The translations under genes were made by a program, and so were the position numbers. A stretch of DNA of 64,000 bases from Promethearchaeota archaeon Loki_b31. GTDB lineage: Archaea > Asgardarchaeota > Lokiarchaeia > Sigyniarchaeales > SOKP01. Location: assembly GCA_005222975.1 (NCBI GenBank), contig NJBI01000001.1, positions 42,571 to 106,570 of the forward strand, read 5' to 3'. Of the stretch, positions 18,886 to 27,859 are shown piece after piece. The notes under the pieces were generated by a model. The model did not search any database and was not told the origin of the DNA. It was given only the letters and a program-made list of their open reading frames with translations. How positions within the stretch are numbered: position 1 is the stretch's first letter; the number at the start of each line of letters is the position of its first letter.

Positions 18886-20076
18886 TTAAACCGAATTTTG
18901 AATTAATTGAACGCATTCATTATAAAATAAATCGCCATAATGCGGATAAATCTTTTTATTACCATTTGCTATGAATTTGGCGTTATTTTCAATTTCTTTA
19001 TTCCTACGACCATACATTAGGTCAGAAAATGCTTCTAACCTAGTCCTGAAGCCAGCCAATCCGCTCTGCTCGTCGAAAGAGAAGTAAATAATAGGAAGGT
19101 CGTATATTCCCTTAAGTTTATTAGTTATAATCGTTCGAGCCGTCACTTCCGGCATACATAAGAACGGATATTGATGAACGAATCCATCAAATCCCGCTTG
19201 AGCTTTGTCTATATATTCCCCTAGCACCCATTGGCATTCCCCGCCAATATCCATCGGAACATAAGGTCGTGAAAGGTGTTCCAACCACTTTCTGTGATAA
19301 TTTAAATGGAATTTATGGACAACCCAGTCGTATAAGCTTAAGCTCTGGTGTACTTCAATGTTCATCTCACCCAGCTTTCTACGGATATCTAAGTTTACGT
19401 AGGGTTCCAAACTAATGTGAATCTCTCCCGAAACCCCAACCCGTAGAGGATTTCGGGTTTTATCTGTATCTAAATTGCTAAAATCTTGCTTAATAACGCT
19501 TTTGAATTTTTTCAATTCTGGGAGCGTATTAGTTTGATCAAGCTTATTTAATAAGTTTTTAATTAAATCCGTCGTATCCCCCTGATTGCGCTCGTAAGCT
19601 CGGAAGATACCTTCAGCAGTTTGAATATCATTTAATAGCTTAGCTTTTTTTATGAAAAAAATAACAGCCTTAACGAATTTTGTATACATAAACAAATCTT
19701 TTCGACCACTAACTTCTTGAAGAGTTTTGACCCATTTGAAATCAAGTAAATCTGCTTGGTCTAAAGGAATTACAGTGATGTCTTTATAACCCATATCTTT
19801 TAAAATGCGTTCTTGGACGCTAGCATAAAAGCCAAATCTACACGGCCCGCAATCAATTGCCATGATCAGCGTATCTGCTCCTTTTTCTATAGCATTCACG
19901 AAATCCCCAATAGTCGCTTTAAACGGGAAGCACACAAATTCGGGGGAATACTTGACTCCGATTTTAATTGCTTCTCGATTCGTTGGATCTGGAATAATTA
20001 CATCTAGACCAAGGCTTGTAAATAAGGTTTTGAAGGCTACCCAGTTGGGGCCCATATTGGGAAAAGAAATTATCAT
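18886..20076 (-). CDS. Acyl-CoA dehydratase activase-related protein (HgdB/DUF2229-like Fe-S subunit), copy B
   Basis: FPNMGPNWVAFKTLFTSLGLDVIIPDPTNREAIKIGVKYSPEFVCFPFK and AIDCGPCRFGFYA are typical of the C-terminal module of activase-related / PlsA-type proteins. Confidence 0.7.
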   Translation of the reverse strand: MIISFPNMGPNWVAFKTLFTSLGLDVIIPDPTNREAIKIGVKYSPEFVCFPFKATIGDFVNAIEKGADTLIMAIDCGPCRFGFYASVQERILKDMGYKDITVIPLDQADLLDFKWVKTLQEVSGRKDLFMYTKFVKAVIFFIKKAKLLNDIQTAEGIFRAYERNQGDTTDLIKNLLNKLDQTNTLPELKKFKSVIKQDFSNLDTDKTRNPLRVGVSGEIHISLEPYVNLDIRRKLGEMNIEVHQSLSLYDWVVHKFHLNYHRKWLEHLSRPYVPMDIGGECQWVLGEYIDKAQAGFDGFVHQYPFLCMPEVTARTIITNKLKGIYDLPIIYFSFDEQSGLAGFRTRLEAFSDLMYGRRNKEIENNAKFIANGNKKIYPHYGDLFYNECVQLIQNSV

Positions 20077-20321
20077 TTCTTGAAAAAATCCTCAAGTTAA
20101 TAGTCAGTATCTTTGTTTAAAGAATTTAACTTAATTTTACTCAATCAAGTATTTGATTAAATAAAAAATTACCCAATACAAACAGATTATCAATTGTATG
20201 ATAATTTTAATAAAAAAACTGAGTAAAATTAATAAATAAATTGCATAGAAAAATTGAATTATAAGATTATTTCGTTTGATTTTTTAAAATGGTTTATAAA
20301 AAATAGTTAATGGTTATTTCA

Positions 20322-21398
20322 TTAAGCAGATTTAATCGTTAATTTATTTCTTTTCCCAACTGTTAACCCCTTTTTCTTTCTTCGGATCATTTCGACAAAA
20401 CTTTCTACTCTTGTGAGCAATCCGGCTTCCCCGCTGTGCTCGTCCATTATAATTTCTAAAAAGGGAAGTCCTACAATTTTCATGTCTCTCATGATCAGTT
20501 CAGAGATAAGGCTATCTGGTCCGCATGCGAAGCTGATTAAGAAAATTACGCCATCTATTTCGTCGCGTCCTTTAGTAAGGAAAAATCGAATAGCCTGCAT
20601 AATTTCCTCTTCGTGTCTCCAATAATTTTGTAATTTTGCCCCTCTGGGGTTCACTATAACGGGCTTCTTGAAAATCGATTCTGGCAGATTTTCTATGGTA
20701 ATGTGATCAACTCCTTGGTCTTTCAATTTTTTTTGAAAATCGAGGTTAATAAAAGTATCAAATATATTATAACCATGCCCTAATAGCAAAAATCGTATAT
20801 CTCCTTCGCTTTTTCTTTTTGGTAAGGTAAAAGGGCGATTTCTTTCGACTAACCTTAAAGCGTGGTTAACTGAGGCGCCCTCTCTAAGAAACTCGTGATA
20901 ATCGTCGAAATATTTTTGCGCTTCTTTATAAGCATTTAAGGCTTTGCTTTGGCTTTTCCCTAGTTGCTTTCCGAGTTCAACGGCAGCTGTCGATATTGGA
21001 AACTCTTTAACATTTACTTCAAAATTTAAAATCCTTGGAACGCCAGGTAGAATTTTAATCACATCTGGTAAAGACAAAAATTTAGGGCAAAAGTACGAAT
21101 CTTTTACTTCCGAAACATACCTAGGCACAAAAACAAAGTCTAAATCAGGATGATCTTTTACTAACCTTAAGAGTTGACCGTAATATATCTTGACTGGAAT
21201 ACACAACTCTCCGAATCCGTGTGTTACGCCCTCCTCAACGATTTTCTTGTTTGTAAGGGGACTTATAACGATTTCAGCGTCCAGTTCTTCCAGTAGTTTT
21301 TTCCAAAATGGAAAATATCTATAAAAATGAAGTGCCCTTGGTATCCCTACTTTGATCCGTTTCTTCTCTGTTTGTTGAAGTTCTTCCATTAATTCCAC
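20322..21398 (-). CDS. Acyl-CoA dehydratase activase-related protein (HgdB/DUF2229-like Fe-S subunit), copy A
   Basis: KVGIPRALHFYRYFPFWKKLLEELDAEIVISP closely matches the IGIPRAL..Y..YPFW..FF..LG motif that follows the activase domains in fused bacterial proteins. Also ELCIPVK, YFCPKF and FACGPDS. Confidence 0.7.
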   Translation of the reverse strand: MELMEELQQTEKKRIKVGIPRALHFYRYFPFWKKLLEELDAEIVISPLTNKKIVEEGVTHGFGELCIPVKIYYGQLLRLVKDHPDLDFVFVPRYVSEVKDSYFCPKFLSLPDVIKILPGVPRILNFEVNVKEFPISTAAVELGKQLGKSQSKALNAYKEAQKYFDDYHEFLREGASVNHALRLVERNRPFTLPKRKSEGDIRFLLLGHGYNIFDTFINLDFQKKLKDQGVDHITIENLPESIFKKPVIVNPRGAKLQNYWRHEEEIMQAIRFFLTKGRDEIDGVIFLISFACGPDSLISELIMRDMKIVGLPFLEIIMDEHSGEAGLLTRVESFVEMIRRKKKGLTVGKRNKLTIKSA

Positions 21399-21410
21399 TT
21401 AAATTCTCGT

Positions 21411-23096
21411 TTAGGCATCTGGGCTGTCGTATAAGAGCAAATCTTTAATTTGAGCCATCATATTATCCGTTAAACGCTTTAATTCGGCGTAATCTGGCAT
21501 TGGTTTGCCCCAATGTTTTTTATGTTCCATGAATGGGGGTCCTGCTTTTAATATAGACCCCCTATAGAAGTTCAACATCTTAGCGTGTTTTGGGTACGTA
21601 TCTTCTGTACCCGTAATTCCTACTAATAAGATGGGTACTTGCTTTTCAATAGCTAATCGCATAGCACCTGTGTGACCCTCTAAGAGTTCACCACCGCCTG
21701 GATTGGTCGTTCCTTCGGGGTACATCATAACCAATTCTCCGTTATCAAGAAGATGTTTAGCGTAATTATACGAATCGACATCGTGTTGTCCCCTTTTTAA
21801 GGGAAACGCGTGGTGGGTTCTAACCCAAGCGTTAACGATTGGGAATTTAAACAAACCCTGTTTCGCCATTTGGTAAAGAATTCGTTTTTTATGGTACGTC
21901 ATACAAGTCGCGGTCATAATTACGTCCCACTCAGAATTGTGGTTGGTACAAAAAATTGCTGCCCCGGTATCAGGAATATATTTTTCAAAGTCAATTGCTT
22001 TATATGGCATCATTAAGTTGCCTAAATTATGGACTGCCCACCCATGCATAGCCTGAGATGCTGCTGCGTATTGTTTGCGTAGTCCGAATGCTTCTAACGA
22101 TTTTATGAAGGAGTACCAGAGGTCGTCAACAAGTTGTAGAGCACCCATTCCTACATCTTTTAAATAACTCAAAGCTGAATTTGACTTTTTGGGTTTTTCA
22201 ACATCTTCAGGGGAACCAATCGATAGCTCTTCTTCCTTTTTCTTTTTCCTTGTGTCCACAATGACATATTCTCTTAAATCAAGAACAATCTGTCTTAATT
22301 CATTGGTTAGTCTCTTAATTTCTTCGTAAGAAACATCGTCAATATTATACTTATCGTAGTAAATCGGATCACCTACACGTACTTTGACTTGAGTTGGTTT
22401 CATGACCAATTTACCTTTTGGTAACGCATTTCTAGACCCAATCACTGCCATTGGAACAATCGGCACACCCATTTCAATCGCGAGTCGAACTGCCCCCGTT
22501 TTAAACTCTCCTAGTTCCCACCCAGTTTCCTCCCTAGACCGGGTACTTTCAGGGAAAATGCCTACCCAGTCTCCGCTTCTGAGAATCTCTTTGGCAGTCT
22601 CCCAGCCTTGCTCAGGATTCTCTCGATCTATTTTAAAGGCTCCTAAATTCGTAAAAAGCGTTTTAACTAAAGGAGTTTTAAAATTATCCAATTTACTCAT
22701 GTAATGGATTCTTCTTTGACAAGCAGCACCGTAGAAGAATGGGTCCAAATGAGACTCGTGGCTTCCTGCAAGAATGCCTGGCCCGTATTCCGGAAATAAA
22801 TTCCCTAAAGGATATTCTGCTTTAAAATTCCAGAACAATCGGGCAAAAAACTTTATATAAACATATGCCGTCCACCATTGGAGTTTTCCCTCTATTTCTC
22901 CAATGTTCAATCGGTCAATAGCTTGACGATAGAGGTCGTTTAATGGATCGATTGGATTATATTTTAAAATTTTATACATCGAGTTTTGGTGTCGTTTACC
23001 GAACTCTAAATCTTCCTTTTCTTTATCTTCAGTAGTTTTTATAATACTCGTATCTACTGAAGTTTTATATTCTTCTTTAAGCACCATTAATTTCAT
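21411..23096 (-). CDS. Tandem double LPLAT (PlsC-type) acyltransferase, both domains with intact catalytic motifs
   Basis: Domain 1 has H113-ESHL-D118 (GSHESHLDP, nt about 22741-22770), FPESTRS and VPIVPMAV. Domain 2 has H386-NSEW-D391 (CTNHNSEWD), YPEGTT and VPILLVGI. Confidence 0.8.
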   Translation of the reverse strand: MKLMVLKEEYKTSVDTSIIKTTEDKEKEDLEFGKRHQNSMYKILKYNPIDPLNDLYRQAIDRLNIGEIEGKLQWWTAYVYIKFFARLFWNFKAEYPLGNLFPEYGPGILAGSHESHLDPFFYGAACQRRIHYMSKLDNFKTPLVKTLFTNLGAFKIDRENPEQGWETAKEILRSGDWVGIFPESTRSREETGWELGEFKTGAVRLAIEMGVPIVPMAVIGSRNALPKGKLVMKPTQVKVRVGDPIYYDKYNIDDVSYEEIKRLTNELRQIVLDLREYVIVDTRKKKKEEELSIGSPEDVEKPKKSNSALSYLKDVGMGALQLVDDLWYSFIKSLEAFGLRKQYAAASQAMHGWAVHNLGNLMMPYKAIDFEKYIPDTGAAIFCTNHNSEWDVIMTATCMTYHKKRILYQMAKQGLFKFPIVNAWVRTHHAFPLKRGQHDVDSYNYAKHLLDNGELVMMYPEGTTNPGGGELLEGHTGAMRLAIEKQVPILLVGITGTEDTYPKHAKMLNFYRGSILKAGPPFMEHKKHWGKPMPDYAELKRLTDNMMAQIKDLLLYDSPDA

Positions 23097-23101
23097 CCTC
23101 C

Positions 23102-23884
23102 CTAGGATTTTATCTCAATCCTATTTTGAGTATTTGAATTTGATAAATTTTTATTTTCAATTATTTTAATTAATTCATCTAACGAGTCAATCAATAAGCT
23201 TGGGTTAAATTTCGCCAACATCTCTCTTTTACTTACTCCGCTCGCAACACCAATCGTCCAAACTCCAGCTTCTCTTCCTGCTTCAATATCTGAAGGCATA
23301 TCTCCAATCATTACAAATTCCTTCAATTTGCAGGATTTATAACTTTCAAAAACAGGGTTTAACGCGTTTGGGTCGGGTTTAAGAGCGGGAAGTAGATCTG
23401 CTCCAAAAATTCCTTTAAAAAAGCTTTTTACTTTTTTTTCTTCTAAATGAGGAATTATATTCTTAGTCAGGTTGTGAGAGACAATAAATAAATCGTAAGT
23501 TTTTTTATATTTATTAATAAATTCCGTTGCTTCTGGATAAAACGATGCGTCTTTCGCGTACTCTAGATAACGCGTGAAAATTTTCGTTGCTATTCGTAGT
23601 TTTTTTAAATATGTTAGCGGTTGGAGCGATTCTATGTATTTAAACAAATTAAAAGACTCCAATACGATTCTTGGAAGCGGAAGCCCTTGAATTGTCTCCA
23701 TTAAAGCCCCTATTTCTTGCATCGTGCTTTCAATGTCAGCTGAAATGTGTTTTTCCTCGTATATTTCTTCTATTGCGTCCTTAAGCGTTTTTCTGATATC
23801 GAGGATAGTTCCGTCAAAATCAAAGATAATTCCTCGAATCGTTCCATTTTGAAGCCGTTTAATTAATTGATTGTCAGCAAGCAT
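23102..23884 (-). CDS. HAD-superfamily hydrolase (subfamily IA, phosphatase-like)
   Basis: Motif I IIFDFDGTILD, motif II VSHN, motif IV GDMPSDIEAG. It lies 5 nt upstream of the double acyltransferase. Confidence 0.8.
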   Translation of the reverse strand: MLADNQLIKRLQNGTIRGIIFDFDGTILDIRKTLKDAIEEIYEEKHISADIESTMQEIGALMETIQGLPLPRIVLESFNLFKYIESLQPLTYLKKLRIATKIFTRYLEYAKDASFYPEATEFINKYKKTYDLFIVSHNLTKNIIPHLEEKKVKSFFKGIFGADLLPALKPDPNALNPVFESYKSCKLKEFVMIGDMPSDIEAGREAGVWTIGVASGVSKREMLAKFNPSLLIDSLDELIKIIENKNLSNSNTQNRIEIKS

Positions 23885-24125
23885 TATTTATTAAAAAAGG
23901 GCAAAAATTTTAATAACTTTGTATTTATATAGATGAATTAAGTTTACTTAAATGAATTTCTATATAAAAACCTAATCATACTGATCATACTGTATTATTA
24001 TACCTCTTAGTTTTTATTTAATTGAATTTTATGTAATTTCTAACATCTCTTTTTAATATTAATTCTTTAATATGTGAACTTTATATGTAAAACCACAAAA
24101 AATATATTATATAGAGGTTATTAGT

Positions 24126-24248
24126 ATGCAAACGCAGAATGAATTCCAAAACGATAGGTATCGTCACGCTGATTTTCTTCAAACTATTCCACAAACAAAT
24201 AAGATATATAAAAAATTGTTTCTAAAAAGAAAGCCCAAACCCAAGTGA
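24126..24248 (+). CDS. Candidate small basic protein (40 aa), not in the ORF track
   Basis: ATG 24126 is preceded by AGAGGT (24113-24118) at 7-nt spacing, the same SD as gene 57593. It translates to MQTQNEFQNDRYRHADFLQTIPQTNKIYKKLFLKRKPKPK with TGA at 24246-24248. Confidence 0.2.
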   Translation: MQTQNEFQNDRYRHADFLQTIPQTNKIYKKLFLKRKPKPK

Positions 24249-24373
24249 TATAAAAACTAATATTCTTGCTTCTTTTTAATATGTAGTTAGTTTCTTTTTT
24301 TAAAACAATAAAACATTTATATTTCATGGAGTTGTAATAACTTTAAATATAAATTAATAATACAGAAAAAGAA

Positions 24374-24793
24374 TTGACAAATATGTCAGAAAATAAACTT
24401 GGTAAGGTAAAAGAAGGAACTTATCCGGAGGGAGTTTTTAATCTTTATAACCCATTAAATTCAAATGATAAATTTAAAGAGAAATTCGCTAAAGAATCCT
24501 TTAAGATTTTATTAAATCCAAAAGATGGTGAATATGCCGCTTTAATAACTGTTGACAAAGGAACAGTTTCTGTACAGGGAATTGAAAACAAAGATAAGAA
24601 GGACTTAACAGATGAAAAACTTGGTTGGGATGGCATGATGAAAACAACAATAGCACTATTTGATGAGATTGGTGAGGGAAAACTGTCGCAAAGCGATATC
24701 ATAAAAAAAGTTGTAGCCCGCAAAATAAAAATGAAAGCTCCAAAATTTTTAATGAAGTTAGACGAAATGGCGGCCTTTTTAAAAAGTGACTAA
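24374..24793 (+). CDS. SCP2 (sterol carrier protein 2)-like lipid-binding domain protein
   Basis: The pattern AALITVDKGTVSVQG...D...TTIALFDEIGEGKLSQSDIIKKVVARKIKMKAPKFLMKL matches the SCP2 fold consensus (..dG.v.v..g...D...s...f..i..Gkl.......g..kikG....l.kl). Confidence 0.5.
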   Translation: MTNMSENKLGKVKEGTYPEGVFNLYNPLNSNDKFKEKFAKESFKILLNPKDGEYAALITVDKGTVSVQGIENKDKKDLTDEKLGWDGMMKTTIALFDEIGEGKLSQSDIIKKVVARKIKMKAPKFLMKLDEMAAFLKSD

Positions 24794-25020
24794 GTATTTA
24801 AATATAATTTTATTTTTCTTTTTATTTCACGAATGTGTTAAATTCTTGATTTGAATTTGCGTTATTTTTTTCTATTTACTTTTAAAAACCGAATATCATT
24901 AACATTTTCTCTGAAACTTATATAAAAGTTATAATCTTCTTCTTTTAGCTATTTTAATAAACTTTAAGTTCAAGATTTCGCTTTCCTTATTACCGTTAAC
25001 AAATTCTTCTTATTAATATA

Positions 25021-26214
25021 ATGAAAGCAGATAATTACAGAGTGTTTCCAATATTCCTTTTAGCATTTACGCGTGTTTCGACAGGAGTGGCGATTGGTTT
25101 AGCTATTCCACTTTATTTAATTGAGATAGGATTAAATCCTGAAATAATTGGAATCATTACTTCTGGAACAGCCATGGCATACTTATTTTCGCCTTTAATC
25201 TTTAGAAATGTACAGAAAAAGCTTGGTGTAAAACCTACAATTATCATATCATCATTAGGTTTCTTACTTATTCAAGTAATCTTGCAGTTCTCAAAAGATC
25301 CATTGTTGATTTATTTCTTGTTAATTTTAGATGGAACATTTTTAGGATTGTTTTGGCAAATTTTAATGGGCGCACTTTCGGCGATATCAAATTCAGAAGA
25401 ATATCGTAAAAATAACTCATTAAAGGATAAATTAATGAAAAAGTATAGTTTAGCTTGGAATTTTGGAGGAATTTTTAGCTACGCTTTAGGTTTCTTTATT
25501 TTGTTTTATATTGAAAATATTCAGATAATGTTTTTATTTGCGTTATTTTTTGCTATTATCGGCTTTAGTATAGCTTTAATTATTCAGGAACCCTCTCATA
25601 GTTTCGATAAAGAGATTATCGTTCCAATTGACGAGGGAATAAAAGCAATTCCTCAAAGAGAACACATTTCTTTTCCTATAATTCTGCCGCTTTTTATGAT
25701 TGGAATTTATGGGTTTTTAATTGGAGGTTTGGGATTAATTTATCCAATTAAATCTGAAATACTAAATTTCGCTCTCTTCACTAATTATCTATTTTTCTTT
25801 TTAAGAATGAGTACTCAAACGATTTCAATTTCAAAATCTATGGACTTTAAAATAAAAACAACCAAAAAAATGATTCCTATATCCAATCTACTTATCATGT
25901 TTTCCCTTTTCTTGATGGGAATAAATCAAAACTTATTTATCTTTGCAATTCTCTTTTGTGCGTTTGGAATTTTTAATTCTTTTTATTATACCCTTGCTTT
26001 CAAACTAATAGTATTTCGGAATATAGCGAATAACACTTCAAAATACAGCACTTATTTTGAAACTGCGATTGGAATTGGATTCTTTTTTGCGCCAATACTT
26101 TGTGGTTTTATCGCTGCGGTAGATGCAAACTTAGCATTTTTCTTTTTATCCCTATTATCGTTGTTAAGCTTAGTTATATATCTACTTTCTAAAAACAAAA
26201 TTGAAACTAATTAA
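25021..26214 (+). CDS. MFS-type polytopic transporter
   Basis: About 12 TM segments in two halves separated by a hydrophilic loop (IQEPSHSFDKEIIVPIDEG). Confidence 0.6.
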   Translation: MKADNYRVFPIFLLAFTRVSTGVAIGLAIPLYLIEIGLNPEIIGIITSGTAMAYLFSPLIFRNVQKKLGVKPTIIISSLGFLLIQVILQFSKDPLLIYFLLILDGTFLGLFWQILMGALSAISNSEEYRKNNSLKDKLMKKYSLAWNFGGIFSYALGFFILFYIENIQIMFLFALFFAIIGFSIALIIQEPSHSFDKEIIVPIDEGIKAIPQREHISFPIILPLFMIGIYGFLIGGLGLIYPIKSEILNFALFTNYLFFFLRMSTQTISISKSMDFKIKTTKKMIPISNLLIMFSLFLMGINQNLFIFAILFCAFGIFNSFYYTLAFKLIVFRNIANNTSKYSTYFETAIGIGFFFAPILCGFIAAVDANLAFFFLSLLSLLSLVIYLLSKNKIETN

Positions 26215-26310
26215 CAAATTAAATTTCGGCTTTAATATTTCATTACATTAATATGAGAAAGCTCATTTTAGAATCCATATAAGGGATATTATTATTAGAG
26301 CTCAGTTCTT

Positions 26311-26865
26311 ATGGAAAATATCAATTCTAATAATTCAGCAGATTCTATAAGCTACAATCGCATATTATGGCCTATTTATTTTCTTAATGGGTTCCAAAGT
26401 ATTGCCTGGGGCGGGATTATCTTTCTTATCGTACCAATATCAAGAATTATGTGGCCAACTGAGCCAACTCACGCTTTAGAAATGGGAACATTAATTACAG
26501 TGCTATCATGGTCTGCTTCGATTTCAGGATTAGTATTTGGACACTTAATTGATAAATACTCTCGTAAAAAGATAATCGTTATTATTTCAATATTTAGGGG
26601 GCTTGCGATAATAATGCTTGGATTTGCATTGGAGGGCGGCGGTTCGTCAGCTTGGATATATTTCTTAGTTTTCATAAGTATTTTTGGGATGTTTGCGGGA
26701 TTAAGTTGGCCCGCCGTAATATCTTTGTCTAACGATATCGTTCCTAAAGCTTTTCGTTCGCGTTTTTTTGGCGTTTATGAGATAGTTCGCTCTCTTACTA
26801 TGACCTTTGGGTTTTTAATTGGAGCTTTTTTAGTGCAGAACGGGCTGTGGAGACAGTATTTTTGA
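26311..26865 (+). CDS. MFS transporter, N-terminal 6-TM half. It ends at an in-frame TGA and is frame-continuous with 26950..27762
   Basis: GHLIDKYSRKKII (MFS loop 2-3 motif). TGA at 26863-26865. The next 28 codons up to 26950 are open in the same frame and encode the expected TM7 region. Confidence 0.6.
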   Translation: MENINSNNSADSISYNRILWPIYFLNGFQSIAWGGIIFLIVPISRIMWPTEPTHALEMGTLITVLSWSASISGLVFGHLIDKYSRKKIIVIISIFRGLAIIMLGFALEGGGSSAWIYFLVFISIFGMFAGLSWPAVISLSNDIVPKAFRSRFFGVYEIVRSLTMTFGFLIGAFLVQNGLWRQYF

Positions 26866-26949
26866 GGTACAGGATTAGGTATTTTAATTTGTGCCCTAAT
26901 TTTTGCAATTCATAACGACGAGCCTAAAAGAGGAGCTCAACAAGAAGAG

Positions 26950-27762
26950 TTGTTACATATCCTTAAAAAGAAAGATGTCAATTACAACTTTAAAATCAAT
27001 CGGGAGACTATGCTTAAAACAATGTTAAGTAAAACTAATAAAGTTGCCTTAATTGAAGGAATATTTACTCAGATTCTAATGGGCTCTATCAACTTTTTAA
27101 TTCTTACCCTTATCCAAAATGAACCTCACAATATTTCCGAATTTTCAACTAGTATTTTCATGATTACTTTTGGGTTAACGGGAGGAATTGTCGGACAGTT
27201 ACTATTAGCAAGGTTAAGCGATAAATTAGCTAAAAAGCGGCCTATTATAAGAATACCAATTATTATTATAGCTATTATTGGGGGTCTATTCACTTTTATT
27301 CTTTTCTTTTTTATTCCCTGGCCCCATTTGACTATTGAGCAAGGGAAAGATGTTGCTTTCTTAATGGCACTCCCAATAATTTGGTTAATGGGTATTATGT
27401 TCTTCTCATCAAGATCTATTTTTTCTCTATATATGGTTAACCAAAGTCCATTATTACAAGAAATAAATTTGCCAGAAGCACAAGGTCAAATAGTTTCATG
27501 GAATCAATTTTTAGAAAATTTCGGGAGAGGTATGGGCCCCTTATTAAGTGGGATTCTATTGGCTGTGACAAGCATGAATTATCAATCCACAATTTTAATA
27601 ATTGCACTATGTATTCTTCCCGGAGTAATATTATGGGGGTTTGCGATAAAATGGTTTCCTTCTGATGCTTATAACATAAGAGAGATATTAAAGGGAAGAG
27701 TTGACATTTTAGAATCAAATGAAGGGATGTCATCTCCCTCAGATCACCAAATAAAACCTTAA
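26950..27762 (+). CDS. MFS transporter, C-terminal half (same frame as 26311..26865; the TTG start is an ORF-calling artefact)
   Basis: ARLSDKLAKKRPII (second MFS loop motif). Collinear with the paralog at 27860..29278. Confidence 0.55.
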   Translation: MLHILKKKDVNYNFKINRETMLKTMLSKTNKVALIEGIFTQILMGSINFLILTLIQNEPHNISEFSTSIFMITFGLTGGIVGQLLLARLSDKLAKKRPIIRIPIIIIAIIGGLFTFILFFFIPWPHLTIEQGKDVAFLMALPIIWLMGIMFFSSRSIFSLYMVNQSPLLQEINLPEAQGQIVSWNQFLENFGRGMGPLLSGILLAVTSMNYQSTILIIALCILPGVILWGFAIKWFPSDAYNIREILKGRVDILESNEGMSSPSDHQIKP

Positions 27763-27859
27763 TGAAATAAAAAACTCTTATAGTTGTAATGTTTCATCAA
27801 TTTAAAATTTGAATTCTCATTTTCCATTCCATATACTTATGAATTTATAGAATTTAGAA

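Noticed and set aside
18203-20083. ORFs 18203..18430(-), 18620..18871(+), 19813..20007(+), 19862..20083(+)
   Set aside because: They are alternative-frame or antisense ORFs inside the activase and HgdB-like genes, and none has recognisable motifs.
17842-21398. Classical 2-hydroxyacyl-CoA dehydratase (HgdABC) for amino-acid fermentation
   Set aside because: This reading is not fully excluded. It is less likely because the subunits carry DUF2229/activase-related motifs (IGIPRAL..Y..FPFW; FPNMGPNW) and the Cys-rich linker. They are also embedded among acyltransferases, with no CoA-transferase or 2-hydroxyacid dehydrogenase gene nearby.
26863-26865. In-frame TGA as selenocysteine
   Set aside because: The position aligns with Leu in the paralog at a TM-boundary site, not at a redox motif. 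I saw no obvious stem-loop (SECIS-like) nearby. The sister gene carries TAA instead, which Sec cannot explain.
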